Source of the DNA: a virus | DNA length: 64,000 bases | Strand: one strand, 5' to 3' | IMG/VR virus record: IMGVR_UViG_3300046832_000578 | In this document: positions 1 through 9,446 of the stretch, piece after piece | Position numbering within the stretch: the first letter of the stretch is position 1 | Layout of the letters: every line of letters begins with the position of its first letter | Notes under the pieces: model-generated | Seen by the model: only the letters and a program-made list of their open reading frames with translations | Databases searched by the model: none | What the model was told of the DNA's origin: nothing | Translations under genes and position numbers: made by a program

Positions 1-1
1 A

Positions 2-577
2 ACTCTATTACTCGAATATATTAAACACAATTCCACTGCAAATATTGAGCAATTATTGGCCAGTGTTATTAAAAGTCTATTCTATCAAAAAGGATATAAT
101 TTATCTTTAGTTGATAATTCGAAATTAGACATTGAATTTTTACAAAAAAGTATTTTAACCAATTCTGAGATAGAGCACTTTGTTAAAGAAAACGAAGAAT
201 TGATTAAAGCACTTTGTGACATCTTAGATGGAACTTTACTATATGCAATTAAAAATTTAAATGCTTATAAAGAAGAACTTGGAGATTTTATAACAAATAA
301 CATAGTAGAAGAAAAACAAGAAATAGGAAAAACATTTGTTAATCTATTTCAAAACGAAACTTTTAATTCTCACTATTATGCATCAATTCCAAAATTTGAT
401 AAAATTAAATATTTTGATTTTTACTTTGATAGACCAATCTATTCAGGTAAGACACTTATGACTTATATAACAGGTGGTTGTATTATTTTCCCTCTGTTAA
501 AGATGATATTAGATAATTCATTTACTCCACAACAATTACAAAATATTTACGAAGAGACAAATGTTACATCTCTATAA
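2..577 (+). CDS. Hypothetical protein of the radical SAM cluster, 5'-truncated by the window edge
   Basis: The frame of ORF 56..577 is open back to position 2 (TLLLEYIKHNST...), so the true start probably lies upstream. Overlaps the next gene. No motif recognised. Confidence 0.6.
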   Translation, partial: TLLLEYIKHNSTANIEQLLASVIKSLFYQKGYNLSLVDNSKLDIEFLQKSILTNSEIEHFVKENEELIKALCDILDGTLLYAIKNLNAYKEELGDFITNNIVEEKQEIGKTFVNLFQNETFNSHYYASIPKFDKIKYFDFYFDRPIYSGKTLMTYITGGCIIFPLLKMILDNSFTPQQLQNIYEETNVTSL

Positions 578-1445
578 TTCTTGTTATGCATATCCATATG
601 CAATGTTCGATCCATCTTCTGCAGATTATATTGTAGTTGGCGACAAACACGCAATTTTAGGTGCGGGAGTTGAGAATAGTTTTTATTATAATAATGTGTT
701 CATACATCAGTGTTATGCTCGTTTTAAAACATACGAAGATTTTATTAATAGTAATCTACTATTACCTGCATTTAGCAACAAACAAAAATTTATCATCTAT
801 TGTGACAACGAAACTCTAATAAAATTATTTACTGCTAAACTTAAATCACATATTCAGTTTTTTGATAATAGTTTGTATTTTGATCTTGCTAAACTATTTG
901 GTGTTCGTTTAAAAATTAAATCAAAACTAATTGATTCTTCCAATAAAGAAATCATTAACGATCTTGGTGATACTTTTATAGAACTAAATTCAATACCAAA
1001 TGTTAGTAAATTTCCGATAGATCCTTATTGGGTTTGGGAGAATGCTGGAATTGAATGGAAAGTTGCAAATAGAAATTGTGGTGTTCCAAACAGTCACATT
1101 AACATATTAAACGATCTTGTGAATCGTTATGTTTATTCGTTTTTTGATGAAGCACAAGAAAGTTATCTTTCAAGAAAAACTGGTGGCTGGGCAGTAGATG
1201 TAAATAATCAGCGATTTAGTACAGTAGCTTCCATGAAAGAATTATACATGGAAATGCGAAAAGAAATAGCGTTGTTTACAGATCCATTAATTTTACAATT
1301 TTTTGAAACTGGGGTCACCGAAGAATTGTTAAATGATCCAAAATTTTTATTACTGGTATCCAATGATAAAGTAGATACTTGGTTGATTAGATGGTTAATG
1401 AGATTACCACAATCAAAAATCACACAGTTAGGTTTAATAGCATGA
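561..1445 (+). CDS. Hypothetical protein, probable paralogue of the next gene (IYCD motif)
   Basis: 294 aa ORF; N-terminus MLHLYNSCY and internal KFIIYCDNE resemble the next ORF; GAG-type SD upstream. Confidence 0.7.
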   Translation: MLHLYNSCYAYPYAMFDPSSADYIVVGDKHAILGAGVENSFYYNNVFIHQCYARFKTYEDFINSNLLLPAFSNKQKFIIYCDNETLIKLFTAKLKSHIQFFDNSLYFDLAKLFGVRLKIKSKLIDSSNKEIINDLGDTFIELNSIPNVSKFPIDPYWVWENAGIEWKVANRNCGVPNSHINILNDLVNRYVYSFFDEAQESYLSRKTGGWAVDVNNQRFSTVASMKELYMEMRKEIALFTDPLILQFFETGVTEELLNDPKFLLLVSNDKVDTWLIRWLMRLPQSKITQLGLIA

Positions 1446-2413
1446 TATATCTTTTCGATAATTGTTATCTATCAACTACAAATAGTATTGTTGAAAAATC
1501 TAAACAGATTTGGATAGGGTCTCATGCAAAATTAGATCGAGATCCAATGCTCAATCTTACATATGATATTTTACATTCATATAAAGAGGTCAACGATGAT
1601 GAGTTAGAAGAATTATTTAATGAAATTCATGAAGATTATTCGAATATTAAAACTGTAATTTATTGTGATGTTGAGAACTTTATGTATGTATACTCATACT
1701 TCTTTAATGGTGTATTAGAAGAATCTGCTGTTAAAGAATTATACTCATTCGATAGACTTAAAGAAAATTATAGAATTGGTGTATTCGCAACTAGAGATGT
1801 AGAGTTTGTAGATCTACCAAAGACTTTAAAGGGAACAGATACTGCATCTATCTTTTCTTCTTTATTGACTACAACAAGAATAGAAATTGCATTTGCAAAC
1901 GCTATGAGAGGTAATGAAGATGCCTTACAATTCTGCGTGGATCGTGCCACTGAAATGTATGATGGATCTCCTGGATTTTGGTCTAAAGATGCTGAACAAA
2001 ATTTACCAGCATTACTTTCAGATGAAGAATTTACAATTGCAAATTTAACTAATAATGAGTTTATTGATTCTTTTGTGGAACAGTTTGAGATCGATGAAGT
2101 ATTTCCAAATAAAATTGTAGATAAAATTAAAGAACATTTTGATTTTGATTATCTAGAACATTACTTTACTGTAATGAATAATACCACAGAATGGAAACCA
2201 ATGTGGGATCAAGATGCAAATATTTCTAAACAAAAATTTGTTGAGACTTACCTTTTAAATAAAGAGTTTGCGTCTGGCAATCAATTATTATTTCCTAACT
2301 ATTCTAATTTTGATTCAATTAATCCAATTTTCTGGAACACCATTCTCCATAAAAATACAGCATGGCTTGACAAGTATAAAGTGAAAAATGGAACTTATAA
2401 TCAAACCAACTGA
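1442..2413 (+). CDS. Hypothetical protein, probable paralogue of the previous gene (IYCD motif)
   Basis: Start moved to ATG 1442 (ATGA overlap with the upstream stop); MIYLFDNCY and KTVIYCDVE. Confidence 0.7.
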   Translation: MIYLFDNCYLSTTNSIVEKSKQIWIGSHAKLDRDPMLNLTYDILHSYKEVNDDELEELFNEIHEDYSNIKTVIYCDVENFMYVYSYFFNGVLEESAVKELYSFDRLKENYRIGVFATRDVEFVDLPKTLKGTDTASIFSSLLTTTRIEIAFANAMRGNEDALQFCVDRATEMYDGSPGFWSKDAEQNLPALLSDEEFTIANLTNNEFIDSFVEQFEIDEVFPNKIVDKIKEHFDFDYLEHYFTVMNNTTEWKPMWDQDANISKQKFVETYLLNKEFASGNQLLFPNYSNFDSINPIFWNTILHKNTAWLDKYKVKNGTYNQTN

Positions 2414-3434
2414 GTTATGTAATTTTAAGTGCACCTTTTGTTCATCAACCAAAATCGTAGAAGACAAAGCAAGCACTCTTGATCATCAGCACATTTTTGA
2501 TTTTTTAAAAAGATTTCCAAACACAAATAGTATTATTGTCAATGGCGGAGATCCGCTAATGATGAAACCAGAATACTACTTCACTATACTTGACTATATT
2601 GAAGAACACAATCTCCCAACAAACATAAGTTTCACCACAAATCTCTGGGCATTCTATAAGAAACCAGAGATGTGGACACCTTTATTCAAACACCCAAGAG
2701 TTGCAGTTACAACAAGTTTTCAATATGGATTTGGTCGTGTAATATCAGGAACCAGAGTCTATACTGAAAAAGACTTTTGGAATGTTAGCGATTTGTTCCT
2801 AAAAGAAGTTGGTTATCGTCCAGGATTTATTGCAGTTATCTCTGAAGAAAATGAGAAACATGCAATTCGTCATGTGGAGTTAGCCAAGAAAATGGATGTC
2901 CAATGTAAGTTAAACTATGCCATGGCATCTGGAGAACAATCATCACCATATCGCCTAAGTAAAATATACGAAATGTATATTGAAGTTTACGAACGAGGAC
3001 TTCATCCGTGGGAGTTTAATACTAAACAGATGATGACTCGTCTGAATAATATCGCTAATGTGTGTCCTCAAGCAAGAAATTGTGATGACCATATTAGAGC
3101 AATGAATCCAGAGGGTGATTATTACTCTTGTGGAGCGATGGGTGACGATAAAGAATATCCAATTAACTTTGTAAAGGAAGTTAAAGAAGGTGGTTTTATA
3201 ACTCCACTGCAAAACGCACCAGAGTTGTTTTCATTGAAAGATGAATGTGTTACTTGTCCGATGTTTAGTATTTGCAACGGATGTAAGAAAACGATTAAAG
3301 ATTTGAAACAGCATGGAATGGTTGAAGAGCATTGTTCTCATATGAAACAGTTGGCTCCAAGAATTATACAAATTAACAGTGAAACAGATTATGTCGAAGC
3401 AACTCAAAGAATCCATAAGAATCTCGTTTCTTAA
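2388..3434 (+). CDS. Radical SAM protein with SPASM/twitch-like C-terminal Cys cluster (anSME/peptide maturase-like)
   Basis: IIKPTELCNFKCTFC (CX3CX2C), NGGDPL motif, FTTNL; C-terminal CPQARNC...YSC...ECVTCPMFSICNGC...HC. Confidence 0.9.
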   Translation: MELIIKPTELCNFKCTFCSSTKIVEDKASTLDHQHIFDFLKRFPNTNSIIVNGGDPLMMKPEYYFTILDYIEEHNLPTNISFTTNLWAFYKKPEMWTPLFKHPRVAVTTSFQYGFGRVISGTRVYTEKDFWNVSDLFLKEVGYRPGFIAVISEENEKHAIRHVELAKKMDVQCKLNYAMASGEQSSPYRLSKIYEMYIEVYERGLHPWEFNTKQMMTRLNNIANVCPQARNCDDHIRAMNPEGDYYSCGAMGDDKEYPINFVKEVKEGGFITPLQNAPELFSLKDECVTCPMFSICNGCKKTIKDLKQHGMVEEHCSHMKQLAPRIIQINSETDYVEATQRIHKNLVS

Positions 3435-5268
3435 TATTGATTTAAGAGTTCCTATTGTAAGGTTGCCGATTAACTGGCTTAACTTTAAGAACTATTATAT
3501 TAAACACGGTAAGTATGCGTCACATGTAAAATGGGAAGAACCAATTCTAAATTTAGAAGATTGGTCATTTGAAGATATCGTTGACTACTACGATAAACAA
3601 GATTCTGACATTTATGCATTTTCTAGTTATCTTTGGAGTCACATGGCTATTATGGCTGTGGCAAAGGAACTAAAGGAAAGAAACCCAAAAAGAATTATTG
3701 TGCTTGGTGGTCCACATCTTAATATTACGCATAATAAAATTGATTGGTTCTTTAAGAATAAATTTATAGATGCTATTTGTGAACCCACCAGTTATGGTGA
3801 ATGGTTTATTAATGACATTCTTGATCAATTTGTTGAAGGTGATATAGACTGGAAAGAAGTTTCATTTTCAATCTATAAAACTGGTCGTGGTAAAAGCCCA
3901 AATAAAATTGACTTTGAGTTTCCTGGAAGTTTAATTGCAGGTAATGAAGACATTTTATTTAAATGTAAAAATATTGCACTGGAGCGAGGTGTTCCATTAG
4001 TTCTACCCATTGAGTTAACTCGTGGATGTCCCTACGAATGTGTGTTCTGCGAATGGGGTGGTGGAATTGGTGGTAAGGTTATCCGTAAATCTATGAACTT
4101 TATTAAAGAAGATCTAGATTGGATACCTCAGGTTGGTATTGATCAAATTCAAATTCTTGATGCCAACTATGGTATTTACAAAGAAGATGAAGATGTCTCA
4201 AAATATATTGAAGAAATAAAATCGTTTTCTGGTCTTCCAACTCATGTTGAGATTTATGGTATGACCAAGTCTAAACAAGAACGAAGATGGGCAACAATTG
4301 AACCACTGGCAAGAGCAGGTGTGGTTGAACGATATAAATTAAGTTTACAAACTCTTAACAACGAGGTTCTTCGTAACATTAAACGAACTGATATTCCTCG
4401 TGAAAAAGACTTTGAGTTTGCCAAGTATCTATTCGATGAATATGGTATTCGAGCAGACTTTGAATTTATGATGGGTCTTCCAGGTTATACTCAAAACGAC
4501 TTTTATGACGAAGTTGATATTCAGTATGAGTATGGTTATGGGTTGGAACGATACCTTTGGTTATTTCTACCAGACTCTCCTGCATACGATCCTGAATATA
4601 TTAAAAAGTTTAATATTAAAACTGAAAAGATTTGCATTGGTAAATCTAAAATGAATAGTTATTCTTACGATGACATTAATATCTTTAAAGATTACCATAT
4701 ATCATCTGATCCTAAATTTTTATCTGATGTAGAGTTTGTGGTCGAAGCAGATGGTTACACAAGAAAAGACTTTACGGAGTTTTTCTTTATGAATCATTGG
4801 ATACTTGAAAATGTTTCCATGATTGACTTTACAGATACGATAGTTAAGCACAATATTGCAATCGGTAGGCTAGAAAAACCTTCTTTAATTTTTAGGAAAA
4901 TTTATGAAGGTATTACCTCTCCCAGTGAAAATAAATATGTATTGGCAATGCAAGATCTTAATAGTCAGATGTATGATTTAATGATGGGTAACAGGAAAGA
5001 GATCGTAGATTATAAACAATTTAATTTACCGTTTACTGATGTATCTGTTGATTTTTCTTACATTTACAAAGTGTGTGTTTTAGTATTTGAAGAGGATTAT
5101 ATTAAATTTTTAATAGGTATTGGTAAAGAACTTAATCTTGAGATCCCAGAAAATATAGTGGAGCAGTTTAAAGAAAAATTGAATAGTTATAAGAATACTT
5201 TTTCACCAAAATATGATAAATTCTATCAGATAAGAACATACTATGAACGAGTTATTAGAGAAGGTTAA
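3391..5268 (+). CDS. Cobalamin (B12)-binding domain radical SAM protein (class B methyltransferase-like)
   Basis: N-terminal B12-binding-like segment FSSYLWS...AKELKERNPKRIIVLGGPH, then ELTRGCPYECVFCEWG, DANYG, SLQTLN..VLRNIKR, FMMGLPG. Start is ATG 3391 or GTG 3379. Confidence 0.88.
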   Translation: MSKQLKESIRISFLNIDLRVPIVRLPINWLNFKNYYIKHGKYASHVKWEEPILNLEDWSFEDIVDYYDKQDSDIYAFSSYLWSHMAIMAVAKELKERNPKRIIVLGGPHLNITHNKIDWFFKNKFIDAICEPTSYGEWFINDILDQFVEGDIDWKEVSFSIYKTGRGKSPNKIDFEFPGSLIAGNEDILFKCKNIALERGVPLVLPIELTRGCPYECVFCEWGGGIGGKVIRKSMNFIKEDLDWIPQVGIDQIQILDANYGIYKEDEDVSKYIEEIKSFSGLPTHVEIYGMTKSKQERRWATIEPLARAGVVERYKLSLQTLNNEVLRNIKRTDIPREKDFEFAKYLFDEYGIRADFEFMMGLPGYTQNDFYDEVDIQYEYGYGLERYLWLFLPDSPAYDPEYIKKFNIKTEKICIGKSKMNSYSYDDINIFKDYHISSDPKFLSDVEFVVEADGYTRKDFTEFFFMNHWILENVSMIDFTDTIVKHNIAIGRLEKPSLIFRKIYEGITSPSENKYVLAMQDLNSQMYDLMMGNRKEIVDYKQFNLPFTDVSVDFSYIYKVCVLVFEEDYIKFLIGIGKELNLEIPENIVEQFKEKLNSYKNTFSPKYDKFYQIRTYYERVIREG

Positions 5269-5938
5269 AACTATACCACATCTTCCTCTACTATTCTCAT
5301 TTGATGCTAAGCGAATAGAGAATGAGATTAGAGCGATGCCGTTTCCTCTAATGAGTTATAATGCAAATATACAAAAAGGATATAATCATAGCCCAGATGG
5401 TTGGAATAATCTTTCTTTGTATAGCTACGATGGAAGTATGTTTTGTGACACGAATGAAGGCGATGGTGGTAATGCTTTACTAGAAAGATTTGGTAAATTT
5501 CAAAAAACTGGATTGACAGAATATTTACCCTATACCTATGAGGTTTTAGAGGCTCTTGGTGCAGGAAAGTCTTTATGTAGAATTGAGGAAGTTATGCCGA
5601 GCACCATTATAGGTTGGCATAGCCATGTGTTAGAGTTTCATCAACCAGAGAACATATTGATAGTTCAGCTTCCTATTTGTATTCCAGAAGGATTTAAACA
5701 TTCGGTGGTGGATTATCGACAGTATAGAGGATCAGACTTTAATATAAAACCGATTGTTTCATATGACTCTAAATATATCGAAGGTGTTCCTTATATTTTT
5801 AACTCATATCATTATCACAATGTGTTTAATCATGGATCTACTCCAGCCCTTATGATAAGGTTTTTTGTGGATATAGATGATTTAAACCTAATAGAACCTG
5901 CAATAAATTGTTATTCTGGAGACCTAATCGTAGGTTGA
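5243..5938 (+). CDS. Aspartyl/asparaginyl beta-hydroxylase-like 2OG-Fe(II) oxygenase
   Basis: W..LSL motif, CRIEEVMPSTIIGWHSH (first His pair) and IFNSYHYHNVFNHG (distal His), typical of the cupin/AspH fold. Confidence 0.7.
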   Translation: MNELLEKVKTIPHLPLLFSFDAKRIENEIRAMPFPLMSYNANIQKGYNHSPDGWNNLSLYSYDGSMFCDTNEGDGGNALLERFGKFQKTGLTEYLPYTYEVLEALGAGKSLCRIEEVMPSTIIGWHSHVLEFHQPENILIVQLPICIPEGFKHSVVDYRQYRGSDFNIKPIVSYDSKYIEGVPYIFNSYHYHNVFNHGSTPALMIRFFVDIDDLNLIEPAINCYSGDLIVG

Positions 5939-5952
5939 CTAAATAATAAATA
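5939..5952 (+). promoter_or_regulatory. T4-type late promoter(s), CTAAATA/ATAAATA
   Basis: Two overlapping TAAATA boxes just upstream of the fibre gene at 5986; T4 late consensus is TATAAATA. Confidence 0.55.
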
Positions 5953-5985
5953 ACAAGTATGCTAAGAAACCATATAGGAATATAA

Positions 5986-6882
5986 ATGGCTGCGATTACA
6001 ACTAGAGAAACAGGAACTACTGGTGTCGGTGGAGTTACCAGAAAAAACCTGCCTTTGACGAATGGTGAGATTGACACTAATTTTATCAATCTAAACACTG
6101 ATAAGTTAGAAGCATCTTACACAGGAAATACTAATCTTGTTACTCTGGGAACAGTTACAACAGGAACTTGGAATGCGACTACAATTGCTACTACTCATGG
6201 TGGTACTGGTTTAACTTCCTTTACTTCTGGTGGTGCGGTTTATGCGACTAGCACCTCTGCTCTTACTACTGGAACATTACCTGTAGCTTCTGGTGGCACT
6301 GGAATCACAACTGCTCCGTCTAGTGGTACTCTTTTAATTGGAACATCTGCTGGTGGGTATTCTTCTGCCACATTGACTGGAACTGCAAATAGAGTCACAG
6401 TAACTAATTCCTCTGGTGGTATTACTTTATCTGCTCCGCAGGATATCGCAACAACTTCAAACCCACAGTTTGGTTCATTGGGTATTGGAACTGCTGCATC
6501 AGGAACTGCTGGTGAGATTCGAGCCACTAATCAGATTACATCATACTACTCTGATGAACGATTAAAAGAAGACATCGTAGAAATTACAGATGCCTTAGAA
6601 AAGGTTATGGCACTTCGTGGTGTAACCTACAAACCAAACTCTATTGCAGAGTCATTGGGTTACAAAAAACAAAATGAAGTTGGTGTAATTGCTCAAGATG
6701 TAGAAAAAGTTCTACCTGAAGCAGTGAAACCAGCACCATTTGATATTATGTTATTTGAAAATACAGAGATATCAAGATCTGGAGAGAACTACAAAACTGT
6801 CCAGTACGAAAAATTAGTTCCATTGCTAATCGAAGCAATCAAAGAACTAAATAAAGAAGTTCAGCAGCTAAAAGGGAAATAA
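5986..6882 (+). CDS. Tail fibre/spike-like protein with C-terminal intramolecular chaperone (peptidase S74) domain
   Basis: N-terminal LTNGEIDTNFINLN, Thr/Gly-rich body with GGTG repeats, YYSDERLKEDI auto-cleavage motif, GVIAQDVE, C-terminal coiled coil LLIEAIKEL. Confidence 0.85.
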   Translation: MAAITTRETGTTGVGGVTRKNLPLTNGEIDTNFINLNTDKLEASYTGNTNLVTLGTVTTGTWNATTIATTHGGTGLTSFTSGGAVYATSTSALTTGTLPVASGGTGITTAPSSGTLLIGTSAGGYSSATLTGTANRVTVTNSSGGITLSAPQDIATTSNPQFGSLGIGTAASGTAGEIRATNQITSYYSDERLKEDIVEITDALEKVMALRGVTYKPNSIAESLGYKKQNEVGVIAQDVEKVLPEAVKPAPFDIMLFENTEISRSGENYKTVQYEKLVPLLIEAIKELNKEVQQLKGK

Positions 6883-6887
6883 TTAGC

Positions 6888-6958
6888 TGCACAACCTAGA
6901 TTGGGGAATCTAGGTTTTCAAATGTTTAGGGGATTAAACATCATGCATAAAAAGGGGA
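6888..6958 (+). promoter_or_regulatory. Structured intergenic leader: two hairpins with GGGG(A) loops plus a GGGGA Shine-Dalgarno
   Basis: AACCTAGATT-gggg-AATCTAGGTT (6893-6916), ATGTTTA-ggggat-TAAACAT (6922-6941), third GGGGA at 6954-6958. Confidence 0.55.
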
Positions 6959-6965
6959 ATTCAAT

Positions 6966-8093
6966 ATGCCTTCTACAATCTTAGGCGAACACGCACTCAC
7001 AATTCCAACTGGAACAACCGCAGAAAGACCAGGATCTCCAGCTGCTGGTATGATGAGATTTAATACCAGCACTGGATATCTTGAATACTATAATGTAGGA
7101 ACAAGTTCTTGGTTGGGAATTGGTCAATTATCAGTTTCTGGAGGAACTGGAGCTACATATACCGATGGTGGAACAACTTATGGTGTTGCAGCATTCACAT
7201 CATCTGGATCTTTAAGTATTATTAATGGAGGAACTCTTGATCTTGTGGCTGTCGGTGGTGGTGGTGGTGGTGGTAGCTGGGTTCCAGGTGGTGGTGGAGC
7301 AGGTGGTTTAGTTTCTCTAACAGGACAATATGTTTCTGGTGGAACATATTCTGCAGTCGTTGGTACTGGTGGACCTGGACAGCTGAATCCAGGTAATTAT
7401 GCTTGGCAAACTGGCATCCGATATGGTGGTGATTCATATATTGCTCTAGGTTCTAGTTATGTTATTACTGCAATGGGTGGTGGTCTTGGTGGATCTTATG
7501 ACGGTAATGGCGGTGATGCCAACGCATTAGCTCAAAATGGTGGTTCTGGTGGAGGTAGGGGAATAAATACTGCTAGCAATGGAACTGGATTACAAGTATC
7601 AGGATCTGGCGTAACGACTTCTCCTAATGGAAATACAGTACCTGCAACATCATTAACTGGCGGTTTTGGTAATAATGGTGGAGGTAATGGTTCTAGTAAT
7701 GAAGGTTACGGACAATTATCTGGAGGTGGTGCTGGTGGTGCTCCTGCTGGATATGGTTCTACTAATGGTGGAATGAATGGTAGACAAGTAGGATGGGTTG
7801 GAACATTTAATCAATATGGCACCAATACATCGAATTCAACTTCAGGCACTCGTGGATATTTCTGTGGTGGCGGTGGACAAGGAAATCACTCTGGTGGACC
7901 AGTTGGTTCTGGCGGATATGGTGGCGGTGGAACTGGATCATCTGCCATGAACTCATCAACTCCGCAAGCCCAACAGCCTGGACAAGCCAATACTGGCGGT
8001 GGCGGTGGTGGTGGTGGTATGTCTGGTGGCCAAGCATCAAGAGGTGGAACTGGTGGGTCTGGTTTGCTTTTAGTTAGATATATCGCTTCATAA
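6966..8093 (+). CDS. Glycine-rich virion/tail fibre-associated protein
   Basis: N-terminal IPTGTTAERP...GMMRFN fibre module; VGGGGGGG...GGGGAGG, GGSGGG, ANTGGGGGGG and GGSGLLLVRY glycine-rich domain. Confidence 0.75.
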   Translation: MPSTILGEHALTIPTGTTAERPGSPAAGMMRFNTSTGYLEYYNVGTSSWLGIGQLSVSGGTGATYTDGGTTYGVAAFTSSGSLSIINGGTLDLVAVGGGGGGGSWVPGGGGAGGLVSLTGQYVSGGTYSAVVGTGGPGQLNPGNYAWQTGIRYGGDSYIALGSSYVITAMGGGLGGSYDGNGGDANALAQNGGSGGGRGINTASNGTGLQVSGSGVTTSPNGNTVPATSLTGGFGNNGGGNGSSNEGYGQLSGGGAGGAPAGYGSTNGGMNGRQVGWVGTFNQYGTNTSNSTSGTRGYFCGGGGQGNHSGGPVGSGGYGGGGTGSSAMNSSTPQAQQPGQANTGGGGGGGGMSGGQASRGGTGGSGLLLVRYIAS

Positions 8094-8107
8094 TAGGAAA
8101 AAATAAC

Positions 8108-8482
8108 ATGGCACACTTTGCTAGAATAGATAAAAATAATATAGTAACAGAAGTAATAGTTGTAGAGCAAGAAGTTATTAATTCTGGAGTATTTGGCGAG
8201 CCTGAACAATGGGTACAAACTTCATATAATACATATGGTGGTGTTCATGTTCATGGTGGCACACCTTTTAGAAAAAACTTTGCTGGTAAAGGTATGATTT
8301 GGGACGCAGATCGTGATGCTTTTTATGCACCTAAGCCATTTGCTTCTTGGGTTTTAAATGAAAGCACATGTTATTGGGAACCACCAATAGCAAGTCCAGG
8401 AGATACCGTTGATGAAGATGGTACTGTAAATTCTCATAAATGGGATGAAACTACACAAACATGGATACCCTTTAGTTACTAA
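8108..8482 (+). CDS. Conserved phage protein, typical partner of Gly-rich fibre proteins
   Basis: MAHFARID..NIVTEVIVV, WVQTSYN, FRKNFAG.G, DAFYAPKPFASWVLNE..CYWEPP, WDETTQTW; AGGA SD. Confidence 0.7.
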   Translation: MAHFARIDKNNIVTEVIVVEQEVINSGVFGEPEQWVQTSYNTYGGVHVHGGTPFRKNFAGKGMIWDADRDAFYAPKPFASWVLNESTCYWEPPIASPGDTVDEDGTVNSHKWDETTQTWIPFSY

Positions 8483-8487
8483 AATTA

Positions 8488-8509
8488 AAAACCACCTTTG
8501 GGTGGTTTT
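8488..8509 (+). terminator. Intrinsic terminator
   Basis: AAAACCACC-tttg-GGTGGTTTT hairpin directly after the stop at 8482. Confidence 0.7.
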
Positions 8510-8550
8510 AATATCTAATTTATAGATAAACAATTTATGAGTGAATAATA

Positions 8551-9159
8551 ATGAATTTTACTGAGGTTATACCTTTTGTTACACCACTATATGTAATAAC
8601 TGATTTGAATTATAATTGTATTTTTGAAGATGTCCAAGATATTAAAAATACAACAGGTCACTTCAACTATAGATACAACAATAATGGAAAACAAACATCT
8701 AATTTAATTGACACTACCTTATCCCAACAATATACTGATATTAATAGTTTATTAAATTATTCAGGTGAACTATGTTCTTCTATGCTATCCAGATGGGGAT
8801 TAAATAGAAAGGTAGAATTAACTAATTGGTGGATTAATATTGATGGTGATAGTAACTATTGTTCTACACATATGCATCCAGGTTCGATAATTAGTGGGGT
8901 GTACTATATTAATGTTCCTGAGGGATCAGGTGAAATAGAATTTGAACGACCAGATCCACTAGTGCATTATTTTTATGCAGAAGAACCAAATGAAACTTCA
9001 TACACAATTTATAAAGTTCAACCACAAAAAGGTATGATGATATTATTTCCTTCATACATAAAACATAGAGTTATAGAAAATAAATTTAAAGATAAATCGC
9101 TAGAAAGAATATCCTTAGCGTTTAATTATTCGTTAATACATTCAGATAGAGAAAAATAA
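8551..9159 (+). CDS. Putative 2OG-Fe(II) oxygenase (TIGR02466-like)
   Basis: WININ...HMHPGSIISGVYYI...LFPSYIKHRV...RISLAFN. Confidence 0.85.
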   Translation: MNFTEVIPFVTPLYVITDLNYNCIFEDVQDIKNTTGHFNYRYNNNGKQTSNLIDTTLSQQYTDINSLLNYSGELCSSMLSRWGLNRKVELTNWWINIDGDSNYCSTHMHPGSIISGVYYINVPEGSGEIEFERPDPLVHYFYAEEPNETSYTIYKVQPQKGMMILFPSYIKHRVIENKFKDKSLERISLAFNYSLIHSDREK

Positions 9160-9161
9160 TT

Positions 9162-9446
9162 ATGGCACATTTTAGAGTTTGCATGACTGGCGGTGAGGGT
9201 ATTTTTACCGACGACCAGATTGTTAAAGGAACCTGCACAGATTCTCCAGAGGTTAATTCAGAAATACTACATGTATGGACTACCTTTATGGAAATTGCAG
9301 AAGATGAAAATAAAAAGACTGGACATAAAATTACTGGTTTTATGATGTATGTAAATAATAAAAGAGTTCAAATAGAATATTGGGATCCATTTAATAATAT
9401 TACTATGGATCAATATGACCCTGATAGATTTAAAATGAAAAAGTGA
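9162..9446 (+). CDS. Hypothetical protein
   Basis: 94 aa ORF packed tightly between two oxygenase genes. Confidence 0.6.
   Translation: MAHFRVCMTGGEGIFTDDQIVKGTCTDSPEVNSEILHVWTTFMEIAEDENKKTGHKITGFMMYVNNKRVQIEYWDPFNNITMDQYDPDRFKMKK

Noticed and set aside
2388-3434. SPASM radical SAM as PqqE acting on the phage PqqA
   Set aside because: Its N-terminus (IIKPTELCNFKCTFC) is anSME-like rather than PqqE-like (ELTYRCPL.C.YCSNP); no PqqD is seen; it lies 46 kb from pqqA.
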